25,505 nt of DNA. It comes from Candidatus Enterousia merdequi (lineage in GTDB: Bacteria; Pseudomonadota; Alphaproteobacteria; Rs-D84). Positions within the stretch are counted from its first letter, which is position 1; each line of letters begins with the position of its first letter. Shown one piece after another: positions 17,963 through 25,243 of the stretch. The translations under genes were made by a program, and so were the position numbers. Where the stretch lies: NCBI GenBank assembly GCA_018065345.1, contig JAGHTM010000123.1, positions 1 through 25,505 of the forward strand, given 5' to 3'. Below the pieces are notes generated by a model. The model saw only the letters and a program-made list of their open reading frames with translations. It made no database searches and was not told the DNA's origin.

Positions 17963-17986
17963 AACACACACATTTCCGTGCGTGTT
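17963..17986 (-). terminator. Possible terminator after the 144-aa gene
   Basis: Minus strand aacacgcac-ggaaat-gtgtgtgtt followed by tt. Confidence 0.4.
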
Positions 17987-17995
17987 ACTAAAAAA

Positions 17996-18430
17996 CTATT
18001 GTAACTTGTCTTTTATTCCTAACTCTTTACGCATGTTTGTTGCTAATTTTACTATTTTATCTGCTATTTCATTTGATTTTTCCTCTATTTTTCTCTGGTC
18101 TTTCATTTTATCATAGCAATTCCATATCTCCGTATCCAATTTATAGTATTCATCATAAATTTTTTTGGAGGAATATATTAACATTTTTCCCTGCAATTCA
18201 TTAAACATCGTTTTGCACTTTTGCGGCCACTCGTGACTACGACGATATTTTTCATGTTCCATCAACACTTGACATACGGCGATATACAACTCTTCACGTT
18301 TTTGTTTTATATAAACTCCTCGACTACGTTTACTTTGCAGCCATTCCCAGAAACCAGTAAAACCACCTGTCAACAATGTACCGAGAATGATGCCAAATAA
18401 TTGAGATGAAAAAAAATCGGACCATGTCAT
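17996..18430 (-). CDS. Hypothetical protein with a single N-terminal membrane anchor and helical soluble part
   Basis: LFGIILGTLLTGGFTGFW followed by basic residues; GAGG upstream of the ATG. Confidence 0.75.
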   Translation of the reverse strand: MTWSDFFSSQLFGIILGTLLTGGFTGFWEWLQSKRSRGVYIKQKREELYIAVCQVLMEHEKYRRSHEWPQKCKTMFNELQGKMLIYSSKKIYDEYYKLDTEIWNCYDKMKDQRKIEEKSNEIADKIVKLATNMRKELGIKDKLQ

Positions 18431-18649
18431 TATTTACCTCTTTTGATATATTTATTTTGCTATCAAAATACTAGTATAAAACAGACGTTTTATCAACAGC
18501 TTTTAGTTTACAAAATCGCATCGAAATCGCCACGATTTCGTTTCTTATTTAAATATTCATTAGATTTCTCATATAAATTCTTATTTCAGAATTGATTTTT
18601 GTGTTAAAAAAACATTGATAAAAGGGTATTTAAATATGTTTTAGACCAA

Positions 18650-18750
18650 TTACAAAATTACATATTTCTACACCACTTTGTGTGACACCACACCAACTAC
18701 ACACAAAAAAGCGCTGATTTCTGCGGTGCACATAATGTTTTTACTACACG
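18650..18750. repeat. Second TACAC/ACACCAC repeat cluster next to the tRNA fragment
   Basis: Exact 19-mer shared with 11195-11213, plus gacaccacacca, actacacac and actacacg. Confidence 0.6.
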
Positions 18751-18760
18751 GGACAATTCG

Positions 18761-18786
18761 CTGTTAATCCGTATGTCACTGGTTCG
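18761..18786 (+). mobile_element. Internal tRNA-Asn(GTT) fragment (anticodon loop to T-loop), att remnant
   Basis: CTGTTAA-TCCGT-ATGTC-ACTGG-TTCG matches the layout and, from memory, the sequence of bacterial tRNA-Asn. The 5' anticodon-stem strand and the 3' end are missing, so it is not a functional tRNA. Confidence 0.8.
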
Positions 18787-18893
18787 GTGCAGAAAAACTA
18801 ACCACACATAATGAAGCCTTGTTCAGCGATGCCGGAAGAATACCTGTTCTTATAAACACACCATATATTGAAGAATAAAAAAATGGAGATTTT

Positions 18894-19406
18894 TTAAATC
18901 CCCAATTTTTTCAGTTTTTTATTCCAATCTTTTTGTTTTTCTTCAAATTTCATAGAAAGAGCCGCACTACTTGATTTTAATATTTTATCTTCGTCAACTT
19001 CTGGCCAATTTGCATATTTAGGATTTTTCTTTGCTTTTATGTAGTAATTATACGCTTTCTTACCATTAAAAAGTATATTCTTGCCATTTAATTTAAAAAG
19101 GTCGTTATAAACCTCGTTCTTTATATGTTTATCAGCGCTCGTATTTTTACCATTATCGTCTCTGTCGCAATATTTTATTACATCCCACAAACCGATACCT
19201 TTGTCTTTTAATGCTTCAAAATCGCCAAATTTTATTCCTAAAAGTTCCCAAAATTTGTTTGTGGGGTTTGAATAATATTTATTGCACTTTAATGATTCTT
19301 CGCCTGGAAATGTTCCCAATATTACAACTTTTGCAGCATCAATATTAAACGGTTTTATTTTATGACGAGACAAAATTGTTTTTTTCAACAAGGTTTTTAT
19401 ATTCAT
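18894..19406 (-). CDS. Uracil-DNA-glycosylase superfamily protein (MUG/hypoxanthine-DNA glycosylase-like)
   Basis: VILGTFPGEESL, YYSNPTNKFW, IGLWDVI, ILFNGKKA and LKSSSAA. Confidence 0.82.
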   Translation of the reverse strand: MNIKTLLKKTILSRHKIKPFNIDAAKVVILGTFPGEESLKCNKYYSNPTNKFWELLGIKFGDFEALKDKGIGLWDVIKYCDRDDNGKNTSADKHIKNEVYNDLFKLNGKNILFNGKKAYNYYIKAKKNPKYANWPEVDEDKILKSSSAALSMKFEEKQKDWNKKLKKLGI

Positions 19407-19409
19407 ATT

Positions 19410-19520
19410 TTATGCCTTTATAACTTTCTGTATCACTTCTAGCATTTGCCGGTCACAAAAATCAATAAAATTCTTACTGACTTCATCACCGTTATGTATT
19501 CCAAGATTATCATAACACAT
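19410..19520 (-). CDS. Small ORF or gene remnant (36 aa, not in the ORF track)
   Basis: MCYDNLGIHNGDEVSKNFIDFCDRQMLEVIQKVIKA; stops 3 nt before the glycosylase ATG. Confidence 0.3.
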   Translation of the reverse strand: MCYDNLGIHNGDEVSKNFIDFCDRQMLEVIQKVIKA

Positions 19521-19560
19521 TTCTGAAACAAAAAACAACCGAATCTTATAGTTGACTTTA

Positions 19561-19911
19561 TTAAGATACAAAAATAACCTTTTCCATAAAATCCATTATA
19601 TCTATTTTTTGCTTCCAATAATCCATTAGCAAATCAAAATTTAGAATTATAAATTGTTTTATCTGTTGTATATCTGTGTCAGATATAATGATTTTACTGT
19701 TACACCCAAGTATTTTTGGAGTTTTAGATATAGATATAAAAATCATATTTTCAGATCTTATATCAGAATAATTGTTTTGAAAAGCAAGTTTTGGTTCGTT
19801 ATTCTTAGTTTTCCGTTCAATACCTATATCGTCAACCCACAGAAAGACCGCTAAGCCCGTAACATGTTTTGGAATTACAGTCATCCACATATCTTGCTCA
19901 TCTTGTGTCAT
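19561..19911 (-). CDS. Small hypothetical protein (116 aa)
   Basis: Probable start MTQDEQ at 19911, overlapping the end of the upstream gene. TGLAVFLWVD...PKL and NFDLLMDYW loosely recall DUF4160-like proteins (weak). Confidence 0.65.
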   Translation of the reverse strand: MTQDEQDMWMTVIPKHVTGLAVFLWVDDIGIERKTKNNEPKLAFQNNYSDIRSENMIFISISKTPKILGCNSKIIISDTDIQQIKQFIILNFDLLMDYWKQKIDIMDFMEKVIFVS

Positions 19912-20605
19912 ATTTCTTTTTCTTGTTTCCCAATTCAAAAACAAACCTGTCTATTTGTTTCATCGGCGGATAACCATGATTATATTTTTTTAAACTTGAT
20001 TGATATTGCTTATAAAATTTCCACCATTTAATAATTTCTTCTGCAGAAACGGTTTTTGAAAATTTTATTGTTTCACCATCAATGCAGGGTTTTAATTTAT
20101 TATTTAATTCGTCAACTCCCTGTTTGAAAAATCTGTCGTATGCAGGTGTTATACCAATAGTACCTAATATAATTTTCGTTACTAATGTATTAGTTAATGT
20201 TGAATCTGTCTTCAAATTTTTATTTTTAATGTACTCTGAATAATACTTTATATAAGCTTTGTTTAACTTTTTTATTAGGTCGTTAAAATATTTTTCAAAC
20301 CCTTCTTCGTTGTCAAGTCTTGGTTTCCACAATTTTGAACAGCATAAGGTTTTTATGGCATTTTTATGAATAGTATAATCATAATTTAACAAAAAAGAGG
20401 AACCTCTATACATACCCCAACTGGCTAAATAAAACCCCAAATGTAATTCGGCTAATTCCATTTTTTCTTTAGACCCTTCTATTTGGTCATGATTTTGTTG
20501 AAAAAAATCATAACAATGCTTCCAAGACAAATATCTTGTATTTGTCTTGTCTCTTTTTTTGCTATTTTTAATGGTTTTTTGTATCGCTTTTTGTATTTCT
20601 GTCAT
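19898..20605 (-). CDS. Conserved-looking hypothetical protein, possible HhH/OGG-like DNA glycosylase fold
   Basis: RYLSWKHCY, HLGFYLASWGMYRGSSFLL, LVTKIILGTIGITPAYD and YPPMKQID. The fold assignment is inference from the TK...PxYD spacing. Confidence 0.7.
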   Translation of the reverse strand: MTEIQKAIQKTIKNSKKRDKTNTRYLSWKHCYDFFQQNHDQIEGSKEKMELAELHLGFYLASWGMYRGSSFLLNYDYTIHKNAIKTLCCSKLWKPRLDNEEGFEKYFNDLIKKLNKAYIKYYSEYIKNKNLKTDSTLTNTLVTKIILGTIGITPAYDRFFKQGVDELNNKLKPCIDGETIKFSKTVSAEEIIKWWKFYKQYQSSLKKYNHGYPPMKQIDRFVFELGNKKKKYDTR

Positions 20606-20662
20606 ATTTTTCTTCTTTTATTCTGTTTCATATGTTATACCACTAACGTATTTTTTGATATC

Positions 20663-21709
20663 TTATCCACGCAGTTTGTCGGTTATGGTTACTAATTCTT
20701 CATCTGAAATATACGCAGTATGCATACGCACAGGCATACACCCCGCATCACTAAATAACATATCACCAAAAGGCAACAACTGTTCTGCACCTTTTTCATC
20801 TAAGATTGCGTTTGAATCTTTACCGGTCTGTGTTTGGAAAGATACACGCGTTGGACAGTTAGCTTTAATAATGTTAGTAATAACATCAGAAGAACATCTT
20901 TGGGTTGCTATTACAAGATGTATTCCTGTGGCCCGAGCCTTTTGGAGCAAATATTGAATATTAGATTCAACATCTTTTTTTGCAATAACCATAAGATCTG
21001 CTAATTCATCTATTGCAACAATAATATATGGCATATCGTTTTTATGTGTCTTTTCTTTATATTCTTTGATTGTTTTTACCTTATGTTGCTTTAAGATTTG
21101 ATACCTTTCTTCCATAGTCTGTACCATAGATTTTAAAATATTAATAGCTTCATAAGTATCATTTATAATTGGCATATATAAATGTTTTTCTTTTTCCCAT
21201 TTGTTTATTCCAGCAAATTCTACGCTTTTTGGATCTATTATTATAAATTGGCATTCTGACGGTTTTAATTTTTCAGACAATGATTTTAGCATAGATTTCA
21301 GCAAATTCGTTTTGCCAGACCCTGTTCTTCCACCTATCAATAAATGTGGAAATTTTTGCAAATCGCTAATCATTATATTACCCAAAGTATCTGTTCCAAG
21401 AACAACAGGTAATGTTGCCTTGGATGTTTGAAATTCTTTACTTTGCAGTAATTTATTAAGGGATATCGTTTGACCAACTTCTTTCGGAACCTCAAAAACA
21501 ACAGTTTGATTGTTATAATCAGGACGAACACGACCACTAACCAGTTGTGCCAATTTAGTCGCCTTATTCATATTGAAATTATCATCTGGTTTATAGATGA
21601 AGTTATTTACCTTTGGTCCCTCTTGAATATCTAATAAACTCCCCTTAAAAGCATTACCAATATTGTTATAAAAATTTACCACTAATTCTTGATCTTTTGT
21701 TAATGTCAT
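20663..21709 (-). CDS. Stand-alone FtsK/SpoIIIE-family ATPase motor domain
   Basis: PHLLIGGRTGSGKT, IIDPK, IVAIDELADLM, KARATGIHLVIATQR and GAEQLLPFGDMLF; no transmembrane N-terminus, no gamma domain. Confidence 0.88.
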   Translation of the reverse strand: MTLTKDQELVVNFYNNIGNAFKGSLLDIQEGPKVNNFIYKPDDNFNMNKATKLAQLVSGRVRPDYNNQTVVFEVPKEVGQTISLNKLLQSKEFQTSKATLPVVLGTDTLGNIMISDLQKFPHLLIGGRTGSGKTNLLKSMLKSLSEKLKPSECQFIIIDPKSVEFAGINKWEKEKHLYMPIINDTYEAINILKSMVQTMEERYQILKQHKVKTIKEYKEKTHKNDMPYIIVAIDELADLMVIAKKDVESNIQYLLQKARATGIHLVIATQRCSSDVITNIIKANCPTRVSFQTQTGKDSNAILDEKGAEQLLPFGDMLFSDAGCMPVRMHTAYISDEELVTITDKLRG

Positions 21710-21795
21710 TAGTCCGCTCCTTTATTGCTTAAATTTTGATATTTTCATCATAAATAATCCATTTTTAATATACTGTCATGATACATCAAACAAGA

Positions 21796-23874
21796 TTAAA
21801 AGTGAAATCCTATTTTTACTTTATGTTCACGACAATTTTTAACCTGTTGTTCCTGACGCAATCTGGATAACAATTCGGCTTTATCGGTAATATCCAGTAA
21901 ATCGGCTTGATTTTTTACCACCACAAAATCCCCAGGCGCAAGATTTACCAAATCAACAATTTCGTCTTTTGATACATCTTGGTTGAAAAAATCTTTAAAA
22001 GCGGCTATCACTTGATCTGGTTTTAAGAAATCATATTTAACTTTGAAAGAAAATCTACGCAGAGCCGCTTTATCTATATTAGCCATCAAATTAGTTGTAC
22101 AAACAAACGGATATTCAGCAGCTTCCATTTGGGTTAACATTTCATTAACACTGCTTACTTCCCAAGAATGTCCGGCATGAGTACGATCCATCAAAAAAAC
22201 ATCTGCTTCATCAAAAACTAACATAGCTTTTTTTGCATGTGCTTCCTGAAAAGCTTTTGCAATATTTTGTTCGGTTTCACCAACCCATTTACTGTTTATA
22301 TCGCTTGCACGTTTTTTTATTATTTTCATGCCCAATAAATCAGCCAAATATTCACAGAAAGCGGTTTTTCCTGTACCTGGTGCACCATAAAGACACACTG
22401 AAAAATTTTTCAAATTTTTATTTTTGATTTGATTTGCTAATTTTTCTAAGTCAATATCTGTATTCAACAATTTTGTATTAAACTTTACACCATTCGACTT
22501 TTTATTTCTTGATGGTTTACCTGTTATAGCCTGACTTAAATGTTCCAAAGTATAATCGACAAAATTAATATTGTTCACAATTTTTGCGTTTTTTACAGCG
22601 GTTTCTATCATAGATATTGGCACCTGATATTTATTTATCAACCTCTTGATATCTTCATCAGAACTTTTGAGTTCATACTTTTCAAATATACGTTTCCATG
22701 CATTAATTTTTGCATGTTCGTCTGGGTTAGAAACTTCTAACGCAATTGAAAATCTACGAACATACGCTTTATCCATATCTTCCAAATTATTTGTTATCCA
22801 TATCACTGGACGTTTATTGTTTTCCAATATACGATTTATATATAATTTACTGGGGCTATGTCTGCTAAACGGGTCAAAAGAAAACACATCTTCTGCTTCG
22901 TCAAACAAAACGACTGATTTTTCTTCATTTTTTAATACGGTTTGCACCTGCGCAAGATTTGAAAATCTATCATCTTTTTCTTGTTGTTTTTCAGATGTGG
23001 TATACAAATTTAACCCCACACAATCACAAATAGTTTTCGCCATTTCGGTTTTTCCTGTTCCTGGCGAACCATACAAAAGGATGTTTATTCCTTTACTATT
23101 TGAATTAATCCCATTGGTTAAAATTTCGGATACTTTATCAAAATCATCTGCTATATAATCAAAATTTTCACGGTTTAGAGTTGTTGATAAAGGACTACCA
23201 ACCAAAACATCACGCACTTCTTTACAACTTTTAAAGTTCATTGTTAATAAACCTAAAAATGTTTTATTAAATTCATTATCACCATAACGATTTTTTAATA
23301 TGCCAGATTCAAACAATGGTCCATTTTGAGCAAATGCTTCCCTGATTTCTTGTTCTGGCATTTTGCATACAGTAGCTATAAAATCCGAATTATTTTCATT
23401 AAAAAAATAATTAAGGTCTATATCGTCGTTATAACAACCTAACAAATTACGTAATATCAGGTTATTTTTCATACAAACTAAAAATTGCAATAATCGTCTG
23501 CAATTATCTGGTAAATCAAATGTTTCACATACCATTGTAAAATTTTTATCAAAATCAGGTTTTGTTATATCGACTTTATAATCATCCTTTCTGGCATCAA
23601 CCATTTTTGATACATGTTGGTATAAATTGTCGTCTGACAATAAACTGTTACGCCATAATTTACCATTCAATAAATATCTGACAAACTCTATTTTATCGTC
23701 ATCAGGGGCCAATTTATCACCATTATTTAATACATCTCGCAAACAAAATCCGAATAAATCAGAAGAGTATTTGGAAATTTTATGAATAAAAAAATCCGTA
23801 TCTTCTGGTTCATATTCGCTGTTTACTATATTTCTTAAATAACACAAAATAATTTGCCTATCTTTTATGTTCAT
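21796..23874 (-). CDS. Tandem (double-ring) AAA+ ATPase, SpoVK/Cdc48-like
   Basis: Two modules: YGSPGTGKT...LFDEAE...ITNN...RRF and YGAPGTGKT...SKWVGETEQN...VFDEAD...AALRRF; ends KIGFHF. Confidence 0.9.
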   Translation of the reverse strand: MNIKDRQIILCYLRNIVNSEYEPEDTDFFIHKISKYSSDLFGFCLRDVLNNGDKLAPDDDKIEFVRYLLNGKLWRNSLLSDDNLYQHVSKMVDARKDDYKVDITKPDFDKNFTMVCETFDLPDNCRRLLQFLVCMKNNLILRNLLGCYNDDIDLNYFFNENNSDFIATVCKMPEQEIREAFAQNGPLFESGILKNRYGDNEFNKTFLGLLTMNFKSCKEVRDVLVGSPLSTTLNRENFDYIADDFDKVSEILTNGINSNSKGINILLYGSPGTGKTEMAKTICDCVGLNLYTTSEKQQEKDDRFSNLAQVQTVLKNEEKSVVLFDEAEDVFSFDPFSRHSPSKLYINRILENNKRPVIWITNNLEDMDKAYVRRFSIALEVSNPDEHAKINAWKRIFEKYELKSSDEDIKRLINKYQVPISMIETAVKNAKIVNNINFVDYTLEHLSQAITGKPSRNKKSNGVKFNTKLLNTDIDLEKLANQIKNKNLKNFSVCLYGAPGTGKTAFCEYLADLLGMKIIKKRASDINSKWVGETEQNIAKAFQEAHAKKAMLVFDEADVFLMDRTHAGHSWEVSSVNEMLTQMEAAEYPFVCTTNLMANIDKAALRRFSFKVKYDFLKPDQVIAAFKDFFNQDVSKDEIVDLVNLAPGDFVVVKNQADLLDITDKAELLSRLRQEQQVKNCREHKVKIGFHF

Positions 23875-23919
23875 GGGTAGCCTCTTTTGCTTGGTTCAAA
23901 TTTAATATAACCAACCCTT

Positions 23920-23936
23920 TGGACAAAAACGGTCCA
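23920..23936. promoter_or_regulatory. Candidate WYL-regulator operator
   Basis: TGGAC-N7-GTCCA inverted repeat in the 123-bp divergent intergenic region between the AAA and WYL genes. Confidence 0.45.
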
Positions 23937-23997
23937 TTTTTCTTTACTTATAAACAAATATTTGATATCATACTGGCATATAAACCAGAGAGGCAAA

Positions 23998-25050
23998 ATG
24001 TCTGAATTACGCAACAATTATAAAAAAACAGATATAAAATTAAATCTTATTAACGAATTACGTGCCAATTATATGACCCGCGAAGATATCCGGAATTTTT
24101 TATCGTCTGAATATAAGCGTTTGGGTAAAACACCTGCTGATTGTAAAAATATTGCAGAATATAAAGTAAGTGAAAGAACTGTTAAACGCACAATAGATTC
24201 TATCAAAGATTCATATGGCGACCAACTGGAAGAAGAAGCCGGCGCATATAAATTAGATTTACACGATTTTCCAGATACAATCAACGACACTGAAATTCGA
24301 GCTTTGGAGTTTGCTATCCAAAAAACAGCAAATAATTTAAACGAGCACAAATTACTGGAAAACCTGAAAGCCAAACTAACCACCAGATTATACCGTAAAA
24401 TTGAACACACAGAACCACGGAAAGCGGCTAGCAAGATAAACGACATAGATCAAATGATAAACGCTGATTTTGCTTTTGTTGGTCCGCACCCAGACATAAA
24501 ATTTGATTCAAACATTAAATCCCTGATAGATTCTGCAATCAGCAAACAACATGAAATACGCTTTAAGTATCACGATCGCGAACATAATGTATGTCCTTTG
24601 GGAATTATGTATGGCCCAAATAATGTTTATCTTGTTGCTTATATTTGTAAAAATGGCAAGGTCTGCACCGACCCTAGACATTATATTGTATCTAATATTA
24701 CAGATGTGATTGATACAGGTAATCGGTTTAACAAAGATAATACTTTTTCATTAAAAACATATGCCAAAGATATGTTTGGAATTTATAACGATGGTGCTGT
24801 ATATGATGTGGAATGGTTAATCAAAAATCCAGAAATTATAAAATTAGTAAAAAAATATCAATTCCATCCAACACAAAAATTCATAAATAATCCAAACGGT
24901 ACATTGACAATAAAAATGCGTACTGGCGGTTTGCGCGCAATCAGTACATATTTGACCCAATGGTGTGGCGATATCATACCAGTTAGACCAAAAGAATTAT
25001 TGGGTGAATACAAAAATCTATTAAAAAAATGTCTGGATTCTATTAAATAA
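23998..25050 (+). CDS. WYL-domain transcriptional regulator (HTH-WYL-WCX, BrxR/CapW-like)
   Basis: HTH segment YKVSERTVKRTIDSI, WYL segment EIRFKY...VCPLGI...VYLVAY...RHYIVSNI, C-terminal FHPTQK...LTIK. Start moved to the ATG at 23998, which has GAGG upstream. Confidence 0.88.
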   Translation: MSELRNNYKKTDIKLNLINELRANYMTREDIRNFLSSEYKRLGKTPADCKNIAEYKVSERTVKRTIDSIKDSYGDQLEEEAGAYKLDLHDFPDTINDTEIRALEFAIQKTANNLNEHKLLENLKAKLTTRLYRKIEHTEPRKAASKINDIDQMINADFAFVGPHPDIKFDSNIKSLIDSAISKQHEIRFKYHDREHNVCPLGIMYGPNNVYLVAYICKNGKVCTDPRHYIVSNITDVIDTGNRFNKDNTFSLKTYAKDMFGIYNDGAVYDVEWLIKNPEIIKLVKKYQFHPTQKFINNPNGTLTIKMRTGGLRAISTYLTQWCGDIIPVRPKELLGEYKNLLKKCLDSIK

Positions 25051-25243
25051 AAAACAAAAATATGGATTACAACTTAGCAGTAATTACACACAATGAATTC
25101 TGTACAAAATACAACAGGTTAAAAAATCTGCTATAAAAAATACTCTTGAAAAAACAACATTACTATCTCAGTTTTTTAGTTTTATTTTACTTTTTCCCTA
25201 ACATATTACCGAAACCCGTTCTATTTTTGTTATGTTGATGCTT

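Noticed and set aside
18761-18786. Functional tRNA-Asn gene
   Set aside because: No D-arm, no 5' anticodon-stem strand and no acceptor stem; kept only as an att remnant.
23962-23997. Extended N-terminus of the WYL gene
   Set aside because: The ATG at 23998 has GAGG upstream; the extension falls in the promoter region.
424-24446. Numerous 60-200 aa ORFs antisense to or nested in long genes (e.g. 11879-12490, 22646-23158, 24069-24446)
   Set aside because: Shadow frames of well-supported genes.
25062-25136. 24-aa ORF MDYNLAVITHNEFCTKYNRLKNLL after the WYL gene
   Set aside because: Too short, no clear RBS, no motif.
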